A stretch of 62,853 bases of DNA. Origin: an uncultured virus (IMG/VR IMGVR_UViG_3300010338_001863) (taxonomy: Duplodnaviria; Heunggongvirae; Uroviricota; Caudoviricetes). Position 1 is the stretch's first letter, and the number at the start of each line of letters is the position of its first letter. The notes beneath the pieces are model-generated. The model saw only the letters and a program-made list of their open reading frames with translations. It searched no databases and was not told where the DNA came from. The stretch is from IMG/VR virus record IMGVR_UViG_3300010338_001863; one strand, 5' to 3'. A program made the translations under genes and the position numbers. Below are positions 53,963 through 62,853 of the stretch, piece after piece.

Positions 53963-56359
53963 ATGGTAGAAGTCTTTTTGTTAAAATTATCTAATGACAG
54001 ATATTTATTTAATGAGTTCCCTAAATCTGCTGATTATTTAAACGAAATAGAAGACAAAGATTTGATTAAAAAAATAATAGATGAGACTAAAGGTATAATT
54101 AACAATACCCAAAAGGTATTAGATGAGACTAAAGGTATAATTAACAATACCCAAAAGGTATTAGATGAGACTAAAGGTATAATTAACAATACCCAAAAGG
54201 TATTAGATGAGACTAAAGGTATAATTAACAATACCCAAAAGGTATTAGAATTTAACAAAAAGGCTAATTATTCTCCTCAAACTATAGAGGAAATTTCTAG
54301 TACGGATTTTTCTAAAGTTCCTAAAAGTATATTTAAAGTTATAGATATAACAAATCATTTGCGTTCTGTTAATATAAATAATTCCGACCAAGAAATGTTA
54401 AGTGCTGACTTCTCTGTTGTGTTGCCAATAGAGGATAATTTTAATAATGAATTTATAACATTAAATGGGTATAATGTATATATCAATGATTTCTTTATTA
54501 TTAAATTAAATAATAAAGAAGTATTTTATGGATTTGTTGATAGTATATCTATTAGTGCGACAGTTGATTCTAATGTTATTTGCAATATTAGATTGTATAG
54601 TTATACGAAATTATTGAAGACTTCTAGTTTTGTTGTATCAGAAGCATTGTTGAATAAAATATATACTGATTTTAATAATAATGAAAATCAGATAAAAACT
54701 TCAAAAGAATTTTTTGCTAATATACAAAATTTAACTGTCTGGAGTGATATTTTCCAAGACAAAACAGTAATGGAAATAATTAGATATATATTAAAATATA
54801 AGCTTTTTTGCACAGATACACTTAACTTTAATTTTGAGAATTTTCTTAATACTTCATCTAAATATCTAGAGCAAAATATGGTAATTCCCTCTTTTTATGT
54901 TTTGTTCTGTATGCATTATGTTAAAAATGGATTTAATATAATACAAACAGATATGGATATTCATATCAAACCATATTTAAATTTATTATCTAATGGAATC
55001 CCGATGACTGATTCTATTTATAAAACTCCATACGATGTAATAGGTGATGTTTGTAATAATTTGCTGTTGGAGTTTTTTGAGGATTTTGGAAATACTTTAA
55101 TTATAAGGGAAAAGTATTATTTTAATAAAAACCAACCAATATATCCTAAAATTGGTATTTTGAATTATCTTTCTGGTGTTGAAATTAGTAATTATAACAA
55201 TTATAATTCTAACATATTTGTAACCACATTTGTTGAAGATCTTATTGGCCAGTTATCGGAATATATAAATGGTGTATTTTATGATCATTTATCTATATAT
55301 AAAAATAATTTTATATATAATAATGAAACATATGTCTCTCCATATAATAGATCTTATGGTAGCTTATCTGCTATTTCTAAATATAAATACAAAATAGGAT
55401 TAGCTGAAAATAGTTCGTCTTTTAATTTGTCTTTTCTGTTTCCAATAGACTATGAGTTTGAACTATGTAGCCCAAATAAAATATATCATTTGTTTGGAGA
55501 TACTATATATTTGTCTAAATATAATATCTTCATATATCCTAAAAATGTTAGTATTTCTATTAATGTAGACGAGAATATCGGATATTCTTTATCTGGGTCT
55601 GTTTTTTGTTTTGATCCTGCGTTGTTTGAAATGCTAAATAAAATAATGAACTTTTTCTATTCTAAAAATTTTATCTATAATTCTGAACAAATATCTACAA
55701 ATAACCCAGCTTCTAAAGAATTTATTTCTATGGTTAAGGGGTTTATAAATAAAAATGGACTAAGTATCTTTATTAATTCAGATAAAATATTTATGAAAGT
55801 TTTAGAAGAATACAAAGGGTTTAAGATAAGTGTAAATAAAAATGTTGCTCCCTTTTTTACTGCTTTAACTAGGATTGACCTTAAAGAAAATAATATAAAA
55901 AAATTGAAGGAATTATATAAAGATTTTTTAAATAAAAAAATAATATTATCAGTTGGGGATGAGGTTGTTTTAGATAAGACAATTAGTAATCCAGAAAAAG
56001 CCAATGATTCAAAAGATGTCACTTTTTATCACAATAAAATCGTTTTGAATAAAACTTATGAAACAACAATAGAAGAATATTTAAAAGGTGTATTTTTTGT
56101 AGAAAGGAATAATGTTACAATGAAGGATGAATATGTTTCTTTGTTTTATAAGATTGATACTGATTTTAGGCAAATTCTAGTTACGAATGAAATATCATAT
56201 GATTCTTTTAAAGAAGATTTGTTTTATAAAATAAAAAAGAGGAATATTTTTAAAAATGAAAGAATAGAGTTAATAGATCTTATAAATCAGTTAATAAATG
56301 TAACTAATGAGAAAAAAGATTCTGGGAATAAAATTAAAAAAGACATAACTAAGAGGTAA
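53963..56359 (+). CDS. baseplate hub protein
   Basis: IDITNHL.SV, VFYGFVDSIS and LEFFED..N.LIIR motifs; position in the module. Confidence 0.6.
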   Translation: MVEVFLLKLSNDRYLFNEFPKSADYLNEIEDKDLIKKIIDETKGIINNTQKVLDETKGIINNTQKVLDETKGIINNTQKVLDETKGIINNTQKVLEFNKKANYSPQTIEEISSTDFSKVPKSIFKVIDITNHLRSVNINNSDQEMLSADFSVVLPIEDNFNNEFITLNGYNVYINDFFIIKLNNKEVFYGFVDSISISATVDSNVICNIRLYSYTKLLKTSSFVVSEALLNKIYTDFNNNENQIKTSKEFFANIQNLTVWSDIFQDKTVMEIIRYILKYKLFCTDTLNFNFENFLNTSSKYLEQNMVIPSFYVLFCMHYVKNGFNIIQTDMDIHIKPYLNLLSNGIPMTDSIYKTPYDVIGDVCNNLLLEFFEDFGNTLIIREKYYFNKNQPIYPKIGILNYLSGVEISNYNNYNSNIFVTTFVEDLIGQLSEYINGVFYDHLSIYKNNFIYNNETYVSPYNRSYGSLSAISKYKYKIGLAENSSSFNLSFLFPIDYEFELCSPNKIYHLFGDTIYLSKYNIFIYPKNVSISINVDENIGYSLSGSVFCFDPALFEMLNKIMNFFYSKNFIYNSEQISTNNPASKEFISMVKGFINKNGLSIFINSDKIFMKVLEEYKGFKISVNKNVAPFFTALTRIDLKENNIKKLKELYKDFLNKKIILSVGDEVVLDKTISNPEKANDSKDVTFYHNKIVLNKTYETTIEEYLKGVFFVERNNVTMKDEYVSLFYKIDTDFRQILVTNEISYDSFKEDLFYKIKKRNIFKNERIELIDLINQLINVTNEKKDSGNKIKKDITKR
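54078..54245 (+). repeat. in-frame tandem repeat, 4 x 42 nt, identical copies
   Basis: Unit TAGATGAGACTAAAGGTATAATTAACAATACCCAAAAGGTAT encodes DETKGIINNTQKVL. Confidence 0.95.
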
Positions 56360-56363
56360 GAAA

Positions 56364-57344
56364 ATGTTTAAAATAGGAGACGGAGTTTTTCAATCTATAA
56401 TTTCTGATAATAATTCTCTTTTTTCTGATATTAAGGTTTTAAGAAACTATAATTTAAACTTATCCCCAAATCAATATTTTTTTCATTGCCCATCACCCGG
56501 GGATTTTATATCTTATTTTACGTATGATGAAATGTCTCGAAATTTCTATTTTAACACTTTGTTTAATTATATAGATTTTATAGATAAGGAAATATTAAAT
56601 GAATATGGAATAAATGAAAACCAACATCCTAACTCTGTACATACTCCTTCATATGGAGATACTTATATAGGCAAATTTGGTAGGATATATTTAAATGATA
56701 GTGTAATTATTAGTAGTGATAATTATAGATCTAAAGCTTATTTTTGGGATGATGGTTTATATGAAAATAGGTCTTATAATTTTAAAATAAGAACAGAGGA
56801 TTCTAGTGTGTCTATATATACTACTAGTAGCGACCCAGTTAATAAATTTGGAGATTCTTTAAATATAGAGATAAATAAATATGACTATAGTTCTTTTTCT
56901 ATTTCCAATGTATCTAATGAAAGAATAAATTTTGATGGGACTTATTCTAAGAAAATGATGTTTATGCAAAATGACAATGTCTATGGGTTTGATATGCAAT
57001 TTAATAGCGACATGTCTTTTAGGTTTGAATTAGGATATGATCAAAATAAGCAAAGGTTTGCTAGTTTAAATATTAATAAAGATGGGGTTTATTTTAAAAC
57101 AATTAAGCATTCTATACAATTAGATAACGTTAGTGATAATATAAAAATGATTTCTAATTCTATGTCAGTATTATTGTCTGATTTGAGTATGTCTGCTAAA
57201 AATATAAGTATTAACACAAAAGAAGAGATTTCCCCTATAGTTTTAGGTGCTCCTGGGCTTCCTTCTGTGCCAGCTCTTACAATAGCTGGTTTTTTGGTGA
57301 TAAAGCTTAATGGGAAGGAAATTAAGATTCCTTATAGTATTTAA
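56364..57344 (+). CDS. putative baseplate spike (gpV-like)
   Basis: P..GD N-terminal motif, beta-rich C-terminus, position after the hub. Confidence 0.45.
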   Translation: MFKIGDGVFQSIISDNNSLFSDIKVLRNYNLNLSPNQYFFHCPSPGDFISYFTYDEMSRNFYFNTLFNYIDFIDKEILNEYGINENQHPNSVHTPSYGDTYIGKFGRIYLNDSVIISSDNYRSKAYFWDDGLYENRSYNFKIRTEDSSVSIYTTSSDPVNKFGDSLNIEINKYDYSSFSISNVSNERINFDGTYSKKMMFMQNDNVYGFDMQFNSDMSFRFELGYDQNKQRFASLNINKDGVYFKTIKHSIQLDNVSDNIKMISNSMSVLLSDLSMSAKNISINTKEEISPIVLGAPGLPSVPALTIAGFLVIKLNGKEIKIPYSI

Positions 57345-57356
57345 AAAAAATATAGT
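57340..57356 (+). promoter_or_regulatory. putative late promoter motif, copy 5
   Basis: TTTAAAAAAAATATAGT, 6 nt before SD-less ATG 57363. Confidence 0.7.
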
Positions 57357-57362
57357 TTTATT

Positions 57363-57782
57363 ATGATAGATGTTAATAGGATTAAATCAGAATTTAAAAA
57401 AACAATAGATGGATTTAATGATTCTCAAAAAAAAGATTTAATTAATAAATGGAATAATTGCATTGAACAATTGATTTCTAAATTCAAAAATGCTAAAAAT
57501 GATGAATTTGAAATCTTAGACAACAAATCATATAGCATAAGACATAAAGAATATAATGAAATTAATGATTCAGATAAGATAGATATAAGTTCTCTTGGTA
57601 ATGGATTGACTCAGGTTGATATCGGGGTAATAATAGAAATGTTACAAAAGGTTACCTTTGAAAAGAATTACTATTTCAATAATGAATTAATCCGCAATAA
57701 TTATAAATATATATATAACAAAAAATTAATAAAATATGCTGATGAAATAATTAGGGATTTGGAGAGTTTAAAATGGCTTTAG
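57363..57782 (+). CDS. hypothetical protein
   Basis: 139 aa. Confidence 0.7.
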   Translation: MIDVNRIKSEFKKTIDGFNDSQKKDLINKWNNCIEQLISKFKNAKNDEFEILDNKSYSIRHKEYNEINDSDKIDISSLGNGLTQVDIGVIIEMLQKVTFEKNYYFNNELIRNNYKYIYNKKLIKYADEIIRDLESLKWL

Positions 57783-58237
57783 ACTTATTTATACTTTCTG
57801 ATATCCCCAATAACGAAGTTTTGAATAATATAAGCGATAAAACCAAGATAACTATGTTAAATTCTGATATACAATTTGATCAATATGGGAAGATATTATT
57901 AACAAGTGGGAAACAGAAAACTATACAAAATGTATCTAAAATATTATTAAGTGATTGCCAACATCCAGAAGACCAGGCTCTTTCTTCTCCGTTATATAAA
58001 TATATAGGGACCAAAATGGATGTTATGATTCAAAATGATTTGGTTTTTGATGTGATAGAGTCTCTTAATAAATATAATGAATATAATAATGATAACCCCG
58101 ATTCTAATGAATATCTAGGATATATAGATGATATATCCTATGTTAATGTTGGAGACCCTAGGGCGTATATGCTTAAATTGACAATAGAATTGGAGAGCGG
58201 AGAAAAGATTGGAAGTTTTATCGGGATTAATGTATGA
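57773..58237 (+). CDS. baseplate wedge / sheath initiator (gp25-like)
   Basis: DIQFD..G...L..G..K..Q...KILL and DPR motifs; precedes baseplate J. Confidence 0.65.
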   Translation: MALDLFILSDIPNNEVLNNISDKTKITMLNSDIQFDQYGKILLTSGKQKTIQNVSKILLSDCQHPEDQALSSPLYKYIGTKMDVMIQNDLVFDVIESLNKYNEYNNDNPDSNEYLGYIDDISYVNVGDPRAYMLKLTIELESGEKIGSFIGINV

Positions 58238-59655
58238 CATTTAATGAAATAATAAATAATATAATTGACAAGATAAAAGAGTATTCTCAGAAAAATGCTA
58301 TACCAATAGATACCAGAGTTGGAACTGTTTTACGAGATTTTATAATCGCTCCAATATGTTATGTTATAGAAGATATTTATAAAAATATAGATACTAAATT
58401 ATCTTCAAATTCTATCTTAACAGCGACTGGCTCAGATTTGGATAATATTGCTTCTTCGTATGGGTTCTATAGGCTACAGGGGAAAAAAGCTAGAGGAATA
58501 TGCAGGTTTTATAAGAAAATAGATAATCTAAGTATATCTAGTGTTGATATATTGTATGGTACATCTGTTTATGGATACAATAAGGAATTTGTTACATTAT
58601 CTAATGCTACTATTTCTTTAACTTCTTTAATTGAAACTAATATTAATAGCCCATTTTATGGCTATAGATATGTTGATGTGCAGGTTGAGGCTGTAGATGT
58701 TGGGAGTAGCTATAATTTATCCGCATTTGGTATTAATACTGTTTTATCTCAAGGTATTGATGGGGTAGCGAACTTATCTGATATAACAGGTGGAGCAGAT
58801 ATAGAGACGGACGATTCTTTAAGAACAAGAGTGTTAACGTGGCTTGGCGGTAATTATGGGACAATAAGTGGATATAAAAATGATATTATTTCCAATTTTA
58901 ATGTTGATGATATATCAATAATAACCAAGAATGATTCAGAATTTTTTAAGTCAAGACTTAGCGCTATAGGGGCATTTGATATAGTTATTAAAACTAATCA
59001 AACTTCTGTTATGTCGGAGAATTTAAATGTTACATTAGATAATAATGGGAACAATATAGTATTTCTTGGATATAAGCCAGTTAAAAGAATAATATCTATA
59101 ATGGATGCTAATAATAACCAGATAGTAAACTATACATTAAAAAATATTTTAGAATACGGTGATTTTTATTATAATAGCAGTAATAATGGATTCGTTGCGG
59201 ATATAGGTAATTATAGTACTTCTAAAGTATATGTTACATATGAGTATTATAATCAAATAAGCGAAATAAATGATTATATAAATAGTATAGACAAAAAAAT
59301 AATAAATACTAATCCTCTGGTAAGGAAATCAGAAGAAGTAAATATTTTTATAACAATGAAAGTTAAAAAACTTCCTGGATATTATTTTTTAAATATTGAA
59401 TCTAACATAAAAAATGCGTTAATAAACATGATTAATAGTAAGAAAATAGGGTCAACATTACAAAGAAGCGATATTATATCTGTTTCTTATGTTGATGGGG
59501 TTGATTATATTAATTTAAGTGATGGGTTTTTGGTTACCTATATAAGAAAATCTGTTAGCGATGATCAAATAGCTTTAATTGAAACTTTAAACTTAAATAA
59601 GTATGAGTCTTTTAATATATCAGAAAGTAATATATTAATAATAGAGGAGACATAA
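58234..59655 (+). CDS. baseplate J-like wedge protein
   Basis: Motifs TATGSDLDNIA, A.G...F, VEAVDVGSSYN and TGGADIETDDSLRTR. Confidence 0.9.
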   Translation: MTFNEIINNIIDKIKEYSQKNAIPIDTRVGTVLRDFIIAPICYVIEDIYKNIDTKLSSNSILTATGSDLDNIASSYGFYRLQGKKARGICRFYKKIDNLSISSVDILYGTSVYGYNKEFVTLSNATISLTSLIETNINSPFYGYRYVDVQVEAVDVGSSYNLSAFGINTVLSQGIDGVANLSDITGGADIETDDSLRTRVLTWLGGNYGTISGYKNDIISNFNVDDISIITKNDSEFFKSRLSAIGAFDIVIKTNQTSVMSENLNVTLDNNGNNIVFLGYKPVKRIISIMDANNNQIVNYTLKNILEYGDFYYNSSNNGFVADIGNYSTSKVYVTYEYYNQISEINDYINSIDKKIINTNPLVRKSEEVNIFITMKVKKLPGYYFLNIESNIKNALINMINSKKIGSTLQRSDIISVSYVDGVDYINLSDGFLVTYIRKSVSDDQIALIETLNLNKYESFNISESNILIIEET

Positions 59656-60110
59656 TGGCTATAGGTGATTTTTATCCATTTAGACCAGGACAGGTCGTTA
59701 CTGCGGACCAGTGGAATGAGTTATTTGAAGCTATAAGAAATGGCACTTTTTTCTTAAATAATAATGATCCTTTAATAGAGCAAATATCTAATTTATCTTC
59801 AAAGATACAGGTATTAGAGCAAGAAATAAATTATCTTAAAAATTATGTGAACGAGTTATATTATATGAGAGAAAATTTTACTCTTTCAGACTTACAAAAT
59901 AAAGTTACTTTGCAATATCCCCCAGTATTGAATTCTGAAATTGTTATATTAAATGCTACTGTTAGAACTAAAAGGATGTCTATAAATGATGAAATTTGGG
60001 ATTATTATGTTGATGGAACGGATATCATATTTAATCCAACCTTAGTAACTATCATAGAAGATGGGGATATTGTCTCTGTTATATATAGAAGGAGTCGAAC
60101 ATGGGATTAA
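59655..60110 (+). CDS. putative baseplate/tail fibre attachment protein
   Basis: F.PGQVVTADQWNEL N-terminus; DYYVDG...DGDIVSVIY. Confidence 0.55.
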   Translation: MAIGDFYPFRPGQVVTADQWNELFEAIRNGTFFLNNNDPLIEQISNLSSKIQVLEQEINYLKNYVNELYYMRENFTLSDLQNKVTLQYPPVLNSEIVILNATVRTKRMSINDEIWDYYVDGTDIIFNPTLVTIIEDGDIVSVIYRRSRTWD

Positions 60111-61678
60111 ATTTTAATGAAATTTATAAATACAAAGGATTTGATTTAATAACTATTAAAAATAGGTTTATAGCTCCTACTAGAGATAATAACTATGTAT
60201 CTGTTACTGATCAATTCGTAGTAAAAAAAACCCAAGATAATAAGATTTATTATTTAAAATTAACTGAAAGACCTTTTGTAAATGAAGTTAATCTTATTAA
60301 TGTTTCCGATGGGCAAAATTTATATACATATGCAGAAAACATTTCTAGCTTAGGGGCTTCTAATTTTACATATGATGATATTGATTTAATAAAAGGATAT
60401 ATAGCAATACAGAGTCTAACTGGCAATGGCGAAGAATACATAGTAACCGTTTCTTATAAGGGATTAGGTAGTGTGGTTTCTGCCGAGGATATTAATGAAC
60501 TAAAAACAGGAGCGTTAACTCATACTGAATTTTCTTTCAATGGAAATGTTAAGATACCTAATGGGACTTTAGATTTAAATAATAATAAAATAATAAATTT
60601 AAGCGATCCGTCTGGCGCATTAGATGCTGTAAACAAGAGATATGTAGATAATGTCGCGCATGGGTTAACTTGGCAAAAACCGGTAAAAGCAATTGTTACT
60701 TCATCTTTGCCATCTAATCCTAATGATGGGGATAGATATCTTATTAATATTTCTGGTAATAATAATTTAAATAAAATAGCAGAATGGCAATATAATCATT
60801 GGGAATATATAGCCCCAGAGTCAAATTGGACTTTATTTGTTGAAGATAGTGATACAGCTTATACTTATAATTCTGAATCTACTACTGATTTTAAATGGGT
60901 AGCTATAGCTAGACCGATGCTTTTGCCTAATGGAATTACAGGGCAGACATTAAAATATAATACAGATGGATGGGGATCCACCTCTGAAATTTTTATTTCT
61001 AATGGCAATATTGGTATAAATAATACAAATCCATTATATAATTTAGATGTTAATGGAAGTATTAATGCTAGCGCTTTTTATTTAAATGGACAACCTTTTT
61101 CGGGTGGTAGTGGCAACATAATTCAATCTGGAGATAGCTCCGTTTTGGTATCAGATTCTGGGAATGGCGAGATAAAATTTAGAGTTGACAATAATGATAT
61201 TTCAAAAATTGATTCAACTGGATTTTTTGTTAATGATATAAGAAATATAAATTTTGGACAAGACATAAATTTTTATAATAATATTGATTTAAAAAATAAT
61301 GATTTAAAAGGTGTGAGGAATATATATTCTTATAATACTAATGGATCTTTGAATATATATGCTACAGATATAATTGTTGGGAAAACTCTCCAATTTTCTG
61401 ATGGGTCTGGATGTAAGATAATTGCTGGGAGTGGTAGTTCTAATGTCCCTACAATTACTTATGATATTGATAATAAATGGAAATATTCTAATGATGGAGT
61501 CAATTTTTTAGAAATAGGGTCAGGTTCTGCAATTGAAAAGGTTACAACTTTACCAACTCCAGATTCATCTAAAAGAGGGAAACTTGTTTATTTGGAAGGA
61601 ACTATTGATAAATTGTATTGTTGTATGAAGGATAGTTATAATAATTATTCTTGGGTTTTAATTGCCATAGGAGAATAA
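60101..61678 (+). CDS. tail fibre protein (DUF2793-like segment)
   Basis: DAVNKRYVD neck, P..P.DGDRYLI...IAEW...WEY segment and GNIGINNTNP...LDVNG repeat. Confidence 0.7.
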   Translation: MGLNFNEIYKYKGFDLITIKNRFIAPTRDNNYVSVTDQFVVKKTQDNKIYYLKLTERPFVNEVNLINVSDGQNLYTYAENISSLGASNFTYDDIDLIKGYIAIQSLTGNGEEYIVTVSYKGLGSVVSAEDINELKTGALTHTEFSFNGNVKIPNGTLDLNNNKIINLSDPSGALDAVNKRYVDNVAHGLTWQKPVKAIVTSSLPSNPNDGDRYLINISGNNNLNKIAEWQYNHWEYIAPESNWTLFVEDSDTAYTYNSESTTDFKWVAIARPMLLPNGITGQTLKYNTDGWGSTSEIFISNGNIGINNTNPLYNLDVNGSINASAFYLNGQPFSGGSGNIIQSGDSSVLVSDSGNGEIKFRVDNNDISKIDSTGFFVNDIRNINFGQDINFYNNIDLKNNDLKGVRNIYSYNTNGSLNIYATDIIVGKTLQFSDGSGCKIIAGSGSSNVPTITYDIDNKWKYSNDGVNFLEIGSGSAIEKVTTLPTPDSSKRGKLVYLEGTIDKLYCCMKDSYNNYSWVLIAIGE

Positions 61679-62823
61679 TGTACGCAACTAATTTTATTAT
61701 AATGTCAGATGGATCTTTATGGGGCTGTGGAATGAATAATTATGGCCAACTTGGTATAGGTAGCAAACAATCTAATCCAGTATATGGATGGCAATTAATA
61801 TCTGCTGAAAAATGGATAAAAGTATGTGGTAGTCTATATCATACATTAGCTATAAAAAGTGATGGTACACTTTGGAGTTGGGGTAATAATTCTTGTGGAC
61901 AACTTGGGACTGGAGATTATATGGAAAGACTTATCCCGACTCAAATAGGTTCAGGTAAATGGATAGATATTAGTATAGGAGAAAGGCATTCTGCGGCTAT
62001 TTCCGAGGAACGTAAATTATATACATGGGGAGATAATACTTTTGGGCAATTAGGATTAGGAGACTTTTCTATTAGAAATGCTCCTACAATGACGTCTATT
62101 GATAGATGCTATAAAGTATCTTGTGGGAAAGATCACACATTAATTACAAGAGTTGAATCTAAAGATCTTATGGGATGTGGACGTAATGATACATTTCAAT
62201 TAGGCCAAAATAATACTAATAATTACAATTCATTTGTTGTTATTAGTAATGGAGTTATAGAATTTTCTGGTGGAACTTATCATACTGTTTTTATAAAAAA
62301 GGATGGATCTTTATATGGTTGTGGTAGTAGGATAGTTGGAGAATTAAGGCTTCCTACATATCCAAAATATGCAACTACTCCAATATTATTAGATTCATCT
62401 TATAAATGGAAAAAAATAATATGTAATGATCATACAACTGCTGGATTAAGAAAACAAAATGAAGATTGTATTGTTTTAGAGTGGTTTGGCTATGGTATAG
62501 GGGAAAATCCAGAATTTTTGTCTGATTCTTGTTATGATTTTTGGTTTTCATGGTCTGGTATTTGTTATATTGATTATAATGGGATGTTAAAAGGGCAAGG
62601 TTATGGATGGTTCCTTGGATTAGGTTCTCTTGACTATTTTGAGGACTTTGTAGAATTAGAGGTTTTGCCAATAAAAACAAGAGTCGGCTATAAAAATGAT
62701 TGGAGATGGGATTATTTTAAAAATTATAGGAATTATCCAATAGGAACAAAAAATAATTGGGTATGGGGAAGAAGTGGTAATGCTTTTATTTTAAATAATA
62801 AAAAGGAATTTAAAATTTGTTAA
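61678..62823 (+). CDS. RCC1-repeat beta-propeller protein
   Basis: Multiple repeats of H...I..DG.LW.WG.N..GQLG; start moved to ATG 61678. Confidence 0.9.
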   Translation: MYATNFIIMSDGSLWGCGMNNYGQLGIGSKQSNPVYGWQLISAEKWIKVCGSLYHTLAIKSDGTLWSWGNNSCGQLGTGDYMERLIPTQIGSGKWIDISIGERHSAAISEERKLYTWGDNTFGQLGLGDFSIRNAPTMTSIDRCYKVSCGKDHTLITRVESKDLMGCGRNDTFQLGQNNTNNYNSFVVISNGVIEFSGGTYHTVFIKKDGSLYGCGSRIVGELRLPTYPKYATTPILLDSSYKWKKIICNDHTTAGLRKQNEDCIVLEWFGYGIGENPEFLSDSCYDFWFSWSGICYIDYNGMLKGQGYGWFLGLGSLDYFEDFVELEVLPIKTRVGYKNDWRWDYFKNYRNYPIGTKNNWVWGRSGNAFILNNKKEFKIC

Positions 62824-62853
62824 TTTTATGAATTTTGTTGTTATAAATAATGG

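Noticed and set aside
54078..54245. 42-nt repeats as a CRISPR array
   Set aside because: No spacers; head-to-tail and in frame within a gene.
19208..62680. Minus-strand ORFs in the right arm (e.g. 19997..20425, 45827..46267, 50168..50689)
   Set aside because: Antisense to long, tightly coupled structural genes; F/L/S/I-rich mirror translations.
60101..62853. Diversity-generating retroelement targeting the fibre/RCC1 genes
   Set aside because: No reverse transcriptase or template/variable repeat pair is visible in the window.

Overview
A 62.9-kb segment of a large, AT-rich, contractile-tailed (myovirus-like) bacteriophage, organised as two divergent arms that meet at about 19.05-19.12 kb. 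The left arm (minus strand, 1-19020) carries early and accessory genes. These include a MoxR-like AAA+ ATPase with a HEXXH-metallopeptidase/VWA partner, surrounded by five paralogous proteins that share an N-terminal H-x2-Y-x2-H...CxC/CxxC motif. Also present are a Csx20-like protein and a DUF1874/AcrIII-1 protein (two unrelated candidate ring nucleases against type III CRISPR), a PD-(D/E)XK exonuclease, a RuvC-like resolvase, an RNA ligase, RNase HII and a 3D-domain protein. Non-coding features of this arm are GC-rich hairpin arrays (8.5-10.7 kb), two polypyrimidine/polypurine regions (10.7-10.9 and 17.8-18.1 kb), two non-autonomous IS200/IS605-type remnants and a consensus sigma70 promoter firing into an ORF-less region (candidate ncRNA). 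The right arm (plus strand, 19120-end) is the virion module: intein-containing large terminase, portal, prohead protease with a very long extension, scaffold, decoration protein, major capsid, neck, sheath, tube, -1 frameshifted tail chaperone, tape measure, baseplate, fibre and an RCC1-repeat protein. Sigma70 promoters and GGAGG ribosome-binding sites indicate a bacterial host. No tRNA, rRNA or CRISPR array was seen. All product calls come from motif recognition and gene order by eye, not from database searches.
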